Assembly (NCBI RefSeq): GCF_018128925.1
Contig: NZ_CP067007.1
Span: 1,298,330 to 1,330,329 of the forward strand
Direction of reading: 5' to 3'
Source of the DNA: Nitrosopumilus sp. K4
Lineage (GTDB): Archaea > Thermoproteota > Nitrososphaeria > Nitrososphaerales > Nitrosopumilaceae
Length of the DNA stretch: 32,000 nucleotides
The notes under the pieces were generated by a model. The model worked only from the letters and a program-made list of their open reading frames with translations, did not search any database and was not told the DNA's origin. The position numbers and the translations under genes were made by a program. Each line of letters begins with the position of its first letter. Position 1 is the first letter of the stretch. This document shows positions 25,996 through 32,000 of the stretch, one piece after another.

Positions 25996-27147
25996 GTGAA
26001 CGAAAGCAACAAACAGGCAGAAGCAAACAGGGCATTGCAGAATTTTCTTGATGCAGTATATTCCACATCTCACAGCTATTCGTCTGTTCACGGTTATGGC
26101 ACAGCAATCAAAGGAAAAAAGAATGGCTTTAGAAAATTCCTAGACGAATGCTACAGCATAAACGAGATCCAGTTAAGAGACAAGATAGGCAATAACGAAA
26201 TTGACGTATACAATGTTCTCAGCGATTATGTAATATTTCTGTCAAAGTCGGAAGTATATCCAAGAACCGTCAAGCAATGGTTTTCAGCAGTAAAGAGCTA
26301 TCTCACATACATTGGAATTGAGATATACAATGAGAAATGCAAGCAGAGAGTACGACTGCCAAAGATTCACAAGATCAGAAAAGAGCCGCTTACAAGGGAG
26401 CTGATAGTGAGAGCTCTCAACGTATTGCCGTTCAAGCTTAGAATAGTATTCTATGTTGCAATTGCAAGCGGCATGAGAATAGGCGAGATTGCAGAATTGC
26501 GTTTGTCTGACATTGACTTTGGCAACAGCCCTACAAGAATTTTCATCCGTGCTGAAACAACAAAGACAAGAGAGGATCGTGAAACATTCCTTACAGCAGA
26601 AGCTACAAATGCATTAAAGGATTATCTTAATCGTTATTTTTCATGGAAAGAAAACGACACCAATGTAGATTTGCAAAACGTGAAAATTTTTGGAAGGACA
26701 TCATTAGCTAGAAGAAAAATAATGCCAAAAAAAGATGAACAGCGCGGGTCTGTTGATATTTTAGAGCAATCACTAAACAATTACCTGAAAAACATACCAC
26801 ATCTCAACATGAAGATGCGAAACGGCAAGAGACTAATTCACTATCATGCACTAAGAGAATTTTTCTATACTACAGTCAGCAATATTGCAGGATCAAATTT
26901 TGCTCATGCACTAATGGGACATCACAGTTATCTTGACACATATTATTCCCTTCCAGAAAAAGAAAAGATCAAAATGTATCAAAAATGCGAGCCACACCTT
27001 ACAATGTCAGACTTTGCAAAAATAGAAGAAGAGATTGAAAAAACAAAAGAAAAACAAGTAGAGATTGAAGAGACATATGTCAAGCTTGCAAAGTTTCTAA
27101 AAGAAAAAGATCCATCATTTGAAAGGTTCTTAGAGTTGATTACATAA
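25996..27147 (+). CDS. Tyrosine recombinase / integrase (XerC/D-like), apparently complete
   Basis: 383 aa; N-terminal core-binding region, GMRIGEIAEL (Arg I), YHALREFF (HxxR), ALMGHHSYLDTYY (His/Tyr box), C-terminal coiled-coil-like tail. Confidence 0.92.
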   Translation: MNESNKQAEANRALQNFLDAVYSTSHSYSSVHGYGTAIKGKKNGFRKFLDECYSINEIQLRDKIGNNEIDVYNVLSDYVIFLSKSEVYPRTVKQWFSAVKSYLTYIGIEIYNEKCKQRVRLPKIHKIRKEPLTRELIVRALNVLPFKLRIVFYVAIASGMRIGEIAELRLSDIDFGNSPTRIFIRAETTKTREDRETFLTAEATNALKDYLNRYFSWKENDTNVDLQNVKIFGRTSLARRKIMPKKDEQRGSVDILEQSLNNYLKNIPHLNMKMRNGKRLIHYHALREFFYTTVSNIAGSNFAHALMGHHSYLDTYYSLPEKEKIKMYQKCEPHLTMSDFAKIEEEIEKTKEKQVEIEETYVKLAKFLKEKDPSFERFLELIT

Positions 27148-27160
27148 ACAAAATTTCTAT

Positions 27161-29251
27161 CTAAGATTTTTCTGTTATGATAAATTCAAAAAATCCCAAG
27201 CTTGATTTTTTGTAAGCAAAACTTACTTCCAGAGAGTCATTTGATAGAACCTCCTTTCTTTCTCCTCCGCCGACATCATTTCCCGACACCATTACATTCT
27301 CTATCCAGTTTGAAGGGGTTTCAGATATACCTAAAGTATTCAGCTCATCTTCAAATGTCTCTGCAATGGCTTTGACTATAGATTCGGATTTTGTTGTAGG
27401 GACTGCACCGTTTTCGTTGGACAGAAAGACTTTCAGCTGAAAAATGTTGTCAAATTCTGAAGGGTGCCATAGGGCATCAGATTTTCCGTAATAGATTGAC
27501 ATGTCACCAATCCATCCATCCTCATCGTGAACTATTTTGTATACTTGGAATTGGTTTCCATTTGTAGATTTGTCTGCATCGAATTTAATTAGAAATTGAG
27601 TGGAACGTCCAATTTGACTCAGATTTTTTAGAATGTCTTCCTTTGACGAATCAAAATCAAATTGAATATCTATAGTCTCACCTTTTGCCACATTGATTAT
27701 TCCATTAGATACCAAATACTCGATTCCTTTAACAAAATCCTCGTCGGTGATCTGTCCTTCAGACCACCAGCATGCATTATTTTTTATCCATGGAGGAATT
27801 GATTGCGAGTCCGAGTTGGCAGAAGTTGTTGCGGTGATTAGAATTATTTCGTTATCAATAAGATACTGGATTCCCTCAATAAATGACGCATTATCGATTT
27901 TATCGTCACACCAGAATTCTGCAATGTTCTTTATCCAGTTTGGTACTGTTATTCCAGGTGGATTTACGGTAACAGTAAATGAGACCTGAGCAGCTCTATT
28001 GCTTGCAGAATCTGTAGCATCACATACTACAACATGGCTTCCAATTGGAAAAATCGATCCTGAGACAGGATTACAGTAAGGAATGACTAGCTCATCTACA
28101 TCATCAATGGCTAACACATCAAATGAAACACGTGCCCCATTTTGAGTTTCGGCATTTGTTGTGATATCAGTGGGCTGCAGTATTTTTGGAGGTGTGTAAT
28201 CGTCTTTTGTAGGAAATGTAAAATCATCAATGTATTCAAAAGTAGTAGTTGCAGTTCTTGACTGAGTTCCGTACTGCACAACTATTGTATATTTTCCTGA
28301 CTCCATAGATTCGTCACCTAATTCAACAGATGTAGAAAATGCTTTGTCTCTGTTTACTCGTAGTTGATCTATTACAAAAATTTCTCCTGTTGGATGTGTG
28401 ATGATAAGGGAGACTGCTTCTCCACCAAGAATATCTTTTACTTTACCAGTAACATAAAGAATTTCACCGTCACTGTATGTTTGCTTGTTTGTTTCTACTT
28501 CTATTACAGGAACTGTACTTAAACTCTGAGATGTTTCAGATAAGAGATGTGTTCCAATTATTTCAATTTCTTCGCTTCCTGCTCTAAACGGAATTGTGAT
28601 GGTTCTGATCTCAGAAGTCGAAGTTTCGTCATAATCCTTGGTGTCACCATCAACCAATACAAAAAACTTGGAATCGTTATTCTGATACTTAGAATCAATT
28701 AATGTTCGGGGTAGATGTAATGTGACATAACCTTCGTTAAATGTATCAATACTAACTATCAGAGATATTGCATCCATATCAGGTGTAACATAGAAAACTT
28801 TTCCGCCGGAGATTTCGTACCTTACAGATTCTTTGAAGCCTGAGACGCTTATTGTGCTTGCATCTGCATCCCCTGTTGCAGTAGATGAACCGCTGTAGTA
28901 GAACGTAGTCTTTGCAGAACGTGATTGGTTTCCATAATCAACGTTAATCGTGTATGTTCCCTCTGCTCTCATAAGTGAGCCACCTGCAGTTAACTCGGTT
29001 CGATATTCATTGTAATTATCAACGGGAATAGCTGTGACAGTTACAATATTTCCATTAGGTGCAGTCATTACAAGATTGACTGCCTCGCCAGAAATCTTGC
29101 TACTCACCTCGCCAGAAACAAAGATTGTTTCGCCATGAGAGTACGATGTTTTGTCCGTTCTAACAGTTATTGGATCGATGACCTGCGCATGTGAATCACC
29201 TATGAAAAAACCAAGAAGTAAGATTAATGAGAATAAAAATAAGAATTTCAT
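27161..29251 (-). CDS. Large modular secreted protein: two repeat Ig-like domains, HYR-like domain, tandem IPxWIKNxAxxW domains
   Basis: Signal peptide MKFLFLFSLILLLGFFIGDSHA. Repeated TDKTSYSHGETIFVSGEVS / TNKQTYSDGEILYVTGKVK; VVCDATDSASNRAAQVSFTVTV; repeated IPNWIKNIAEFWCDDKIDNASFIEGIQYLIDNEII / IPPWIKNNACWWSEGQITDEDFVKGIEYLVSNGII. Confidence 0.85.
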   Translation of the reverse strand: MKFLFLFSLILLLGFFIGDSHAQVIDPITVRTDKTSYSHGETIFVSGEVSSKISGEAVNLVMTAPNGNIVTVTAIPVDNYNEYRTELTAGGSLMRAEGTYTINVDYGNQSRSAKTTFYYSGSSTATGDADASTISVSGFKESVRYEISGGKVFYVTPDMDAISLIVSIDTFNEGYVTLHLPRTLIDSKYQNNDSKFFVLVDGDTKDYDETSTSEIRTITIPFRAGSEEIEIIGTHLLSETSQSLSTVPVIEVETNKQTYSDGEILYVTGKVKDILGGEAVSLIITHPTGEIFVIDQLRVNRDKAFSTSVELGDESMESGKYTIVVQYGTQSRTATTTFEYIDDFTFPTKDDYTPPKILQPTDITTNAETQNGARVSFDVLAIDDVDELVIPYCNPVSGSIFPIGSHVVVCDATDSASNRAAQVSFTVTVNPPGITVPNWIKNIAEFWCDDKIDNASFIEGIQYLIDNEIILITATTSANSDSQSIPPWIKNNACWWSEGQITDEDFVKGIEYLVSNGIINVAKGETIDIQFDFDSSKEDILKNLSQIGRSTQFLIKFDADKSTNGNQFQVYKIVHDEDGWIGDMSIYYGKSDALWHPSEFDNIFQLKVFLSNENGAVPTTKSESIVKAIAETFEDELNTLGISETPSNWIENVMVSGNDVGGGERKEVLSNDSLEVSFAYKKSSLGFFEFIITEKS

Positions 29252-29379
29252 AACAAATTCAGAATTATCTAACTATTAATCATATTTGCTGAGGGCAAGA
29301 ACGGAGTTACGGTTCAAATCTGTATGATTTGGTCGTCACTATGGGTATGATTAGGATCATTTTTTAGAAATCAAGAAAA

Positions 29380-29865
29380 ATGTCATTAGGCTTGGTTAAT
29401 GTAAATCCAGAAACAAAGCGTCATGAAGAAGAGGTAGAAGAATTTCTATCAAAATTAGAATTTACAAAGATTATGTCTAATGAAAGAATTCTGGACGGCA
29501 AGTTGGAGATTGGAGAAATAGATTCTCTTTTTGAGTATAAAGATTATTTATTCATAATTGAGGTAAGCACAAAAAAGAGATTAGACAATCAGAAAAAGAA
29601 TTTCTTTTTTTCAAAATGGTCTGACGGATATAATCTTAGAAAACTCAGAAAAAAGTATAATCTTACAGCAAAGAAAACATTCAGAATTTATTTTGACAAA
29701 GTCACAAGCACTCCAGAAAATCATGCAGGACTAGATCACATTACAAAAAGAAGAAAAGGAAACAAGATAGTTTATGCTGACAAATATGCGGGATTTTTAA
29801 AAGAATTAAAGAAAAATGTTTCATCGGCTAGAAAGAACTTTTTAGAATGGATAGAGCAATCTTAG
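29380..29865 (+). CDS. Small protein of unknown function with possible PD-(D/E)XK nuclease-like signature
   Basis: 161 aa; EIGEIDSLFEYKDYLFIIEVSTKKR resembles the nuclease core (D...ExxxK variant). Basic C-terminal half. Confidence 0.5.
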   Translation: MSLGLVNVNPETKRHEEEVEEFLSKLEFTKIMSNERILDGKLEIGEIDSLFEYKDYLFIIEVSTKKRLDNQKKNFFFSKWSDGYNLRKLRKKYNLTAKKTFRIYFDKVTSTPENHAGLDHITKRRKGNKIVYADKYAGFLKELKKNVSSARKNFLEWIEQS

Positions 29866-30007
29866 ATTTTGTACGAGCCAGATTGGCTCAAAATATAATA
29901 TGTTAATCATGAAAACAAAATTTTGATTTAGGGTTGATATTGTTCAAGGTAATGTAAAAAATCACAGACCAGTTAGTAAATAATTCAAAAATACAAAAAT
30001 TCAAGAA

Positions 30008-30754
30008 ATGACATTAACAAGAAAACAAATTCTTCATATTCTTTGTAATGCAGATCTTAAACTAAAAATTGCAATTTTGTTAGCATCAAGTGCAGGTCTA
30101 AGAATTAGTGAATTAATTCAATTGAGATATAGTGACATAGATTTTGATTCTAAACCAACAAAAATTTTGATTCGAGCTACATCAAAAAAGAAAAGAGCAC
30201 GTCAGGTATTCATTACAGAAGAAACAACTATTCACTTACAAGATTATCTGAAAAAGAACTTTGGATGGCATAAAAATAGCCTTAATTTGGATATTTCAAG
30301 CATCTATATTTTTGGAAGAACATCTGTGACAAATGGTGGAAACGTACATAGATTCAATCCAGATTCAGCCAAACAATCACTTCAAATGTTACTGAAAAAT
30401 CATGTCAAAAATATTTCAGAACAAATAGATCAAAACAAAAATGAACAAAATACTATTCGTTTTTATGAATTTAGAAAGTTTTTCAGTTCTACGGTAGAAA
30501 ATGTTTGTGGTAGAAATTATGCTGAAGCATTAATGGGCAATAGAGACTACATGGATACTCACTATCAACTATCTGATGAAGACAAATATCAAAAGTATTT
30601 TTCAGTAGAACCATACTTAACCATTTTAGATTTTGATAAAATTGAAGAAAATTATAATGATTTATCTCAAAGATACAAAGAAATTGAAAAATCAATAATT
30701 GGGTTAAAGCAATATTTGGTTAGTAACAGTATTCTATTAGAATCATTAAAATAA
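30008..30754 (+). CDS. Tyrosine recombinase catalytic-domain-only paralogue, possibly decayed
   Basis: 248 aa alignable to the C-terminal two thirds of the 25996 integrase (SSAGLRISELIQLRYSDIDF; IYIFGRTS; FYEFRKFFSSTVENV; ALMGNRDYMDTHY). Lacks the N-terminal core-binding domain. Confidence 0.8.
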   Translation: MTLTRKQILHILCNADLKLKIAILLASSAGLRISELIQLRYSDIDFDSKPTKILIRATSKKKRARQVFITEETTIHLQDYLKKNFGWHKNSLNLDISSIYIFGRTSVTNGGNVHRFNPDSAKQSLQMLLKNHVKNISEQIDQNKNEQNTIRFYEFRKFFSSTVENVCGRNYAEALMGNRDYMDTHYQLSDEDKYQKYFSVEPYLTILDFDKIEENYNDLSQRYKEIEKSIIGLKQYLVSNSILLESLK

Positions 30755-30766
30755 AATATTTTGAAA

Positions 30767-30840
30767 TGCAGTCAGCGGGATTCGAACCCGCGTCACAGGG
30801 TTGGAAACCCCGAATACTAACCAGGCTATACTATGACTGC
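30767..30840 (-). tRNA. tRNA-Gly (anticodon TCC)
   Basis: Acceptor GCAGTCA/TGACTGC, anticodon arm CGGGG-TTTCCAA-CCCTG, T arm GCGGG-TTCGAAT-CCCGC. Confidence 0.93.
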
Positions 30841-30883
30841 AACACAATCAAACTTTTATTCTTACATAAATATGGTTTTTTTA

Positions 30884-31999
30884 TTATCGTAAATCTATTT
30901 TTCCTGTAGTTGCCGATGAAATTAATGAATTACGGAATTCTCTAAGTTTTTCAATTTTATGATTACATTTAGAAATAATTTTGTTTATTTTTGAAATTTC
31001 GTTTTCTACAAAACTAACAATGTTTTTTTGTTCATTAAGAGGAGGTATAGGAATAAAGAGTTTGGACAAAATTTCCAAATTGATTATATCCATAGTTCCA
31101 CCACGGCTAGATTCTTCAAGCTGTGAATAACATGAAGAAGACTTCAGATACTCAACCAAAAATTTTGGGAAGCAAATCTTCGGATTTGGTGTTAATTTTA
31201 TCAAACGAGGATTGATTATTCCCTTTTCAATATTTTCTGGGACCAGAGCAATTTTACCAAATGTTCCAACACAACTTATTAACACATCATTTGGAAAAAC
31301 TTGAAATCTCTTCATAGTTTGAAATTTTTCTTTTGGAATATAGTAATCTCCGATTGAAAAATTTGCTGGGATTACTTGTTCTTGTCCATATACTCTATAT
31401 CCATTTTTAGAATATTCTTCTTTTTTTAATGATGAACCAAAAGGTCCTGAGATCATCTCTAATACTACATGTTTCAGTTGTTTAATATGATATTTTTTTG
31501 GAATTAATCCAATGGCTTTAACTTTCGAATCCTTCATTAGAACTGAAGGTTCTAATCCTTTTGTAACTGCTTGATTTACTACTATCTTTGCTTTTTCTTT
31601 AAGAAGATTAGCCATTTTTTGATATTTTTCTGAATAAGAATCAATTTTTGATGTTTCAATTTCTAAAAACTTTACAACATTATTTTGTTCACCAGATGAG
31701 GGAAAAGGGATTCTTGTGTTAGCCAATGTCAGGTTTGGTAGATTTGATATAGTAACTCTAGCAGTAATTGCTTCAAACCATTTTGAATTTTTTATAGATT
31801 CTAAAACATACATCAGAAATTTTGTATTTTGATTGTTTTTTGGACGAACGATATGAACGTGATTCTGTGTAATACAATCCATTTCAATTTTCTCTAAAAC
31901 AGCTGAACGTCCTCCTTCTCCACCTTCACAAACTAACAGATCTCCATTCTTTACACCGTATTTTCTTATCTCATTTTTATTTGCCCACATTGTTGGCAA
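30884..31999 (-). CDS. hsdS: Type I restriction-modification specificity subunit HsdS (5' end probably beyond window)
   Basis: Two target-recognition halves. Each is followed by a conserved helix: IPFPSSGEQNNVVKFLEIETSKIDSYSEK and IPIPPLNEQKNIVSFVENEISKINKIISK. Open to the window edge. Confidence 0.9.
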   Translation of the reverse strand: MPTMWANKNEIRKYGVKNGDLLVCEGGEGGRSAVLEKIEMDCITQNHVHIVRPKNNQNTKFLMYVLESIKNSKWFEAITARVTISNLPNLTLANTRIPFPSSGEQNNVVKFLEIETSKIDSYSEKYQKMANLLKEKAKIVVNQAVTKGLEPSVLMKDSKVKAIGLIPKKYHIKQLKHVVLEMISGPFGSSLKKEEYSKNGYRVYGQEQVIPANFSIGDYYIPKEKFQTMKRFQVFPNDVLISCVGTFGKIALVPENIEKGIINPRLIKLTPNPKICFPKFLVEYLKSSSCYSQLEESSRGGTMDIINLEILSKLFIPIPPLNEQKNIVSFVENEISKINKIISKCNHKIEKLREFRNSLISSATTGKIDLR

Positions 32000-32000
32000 A

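Noticed and set aside
30741-30840. Direct repeat of the tRNA-Gly 3' end defining an element boundary
   Set aside because: Scanned by eye for gcagtcagcgggattcgaaccc elsewhere in 25-32 kb and did not find it. The other att may lie outside the window or be degraded.
1-32000. CRISPR array, rRNA genes, transposase/IS ends
   Set aside because: No regularly spaced repeats, no rRNA-like tracts and no DDE/HUH transposase signatures were seen on either strand.

Overview
The gene content and codon style indicate a Nitrosopumilus-like ammonia-oxidising archaeon (Thaumarchaeota/Nitrososphaerota); this assignment is inference. Most of the window, about 1-25.9 kb, is core chromosome. It holds a lysyl-oxidase-like secreted protein (cut by the window edge), two 3-hydroxypropionate/4-hydroxybutyrate cycle enzymes (4-hydroxybutyryl-CoA dehydratase and an ADP-forming acyl-CoA synthetase), RNase HI, a radical SAM protein, and an ATGA-coupled CcdA / YHS / glutaredoxin-like redox operon. 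It also holds aspartate kinase, a branched-chain aminotransferase, a histidine kinase and receiver pair, a heme-copper oxidase cluster, an F420-related trio and a class I aminotransferase. Four tRNAs can be folded by eye: Val(TAC), Lys(CTT), Arg(TCG) and Gly(TCC). From about 25.9 kb to the end the content looks accessory. It has a full-length tyrosine recombinase, a modular secreted protein, a small protein with a possible variant nuclease motif, a second truncated tyrosine recombinase with substituted catalytic residues abutting tRNA-Gly, and a type I restriction HsdS. The best leads are: (1) the oxidase subunit II gene, interrupted by one in-frame TAG between TM1 and TM2; (2) the double-recombinase / tRNA-Gly / HsdS island with an unclassified nuclease-like ORF; (3) a structured, GC-richer intergenic segment at 11.74-11.85 kb that may encode a ncRNA; (4) small proteins absent from the ORF track (a 45-aa YHS protein and a 53-aa Cys-rich protein). 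I found no convincing evidence of a complete new defence or mobile system within the window.
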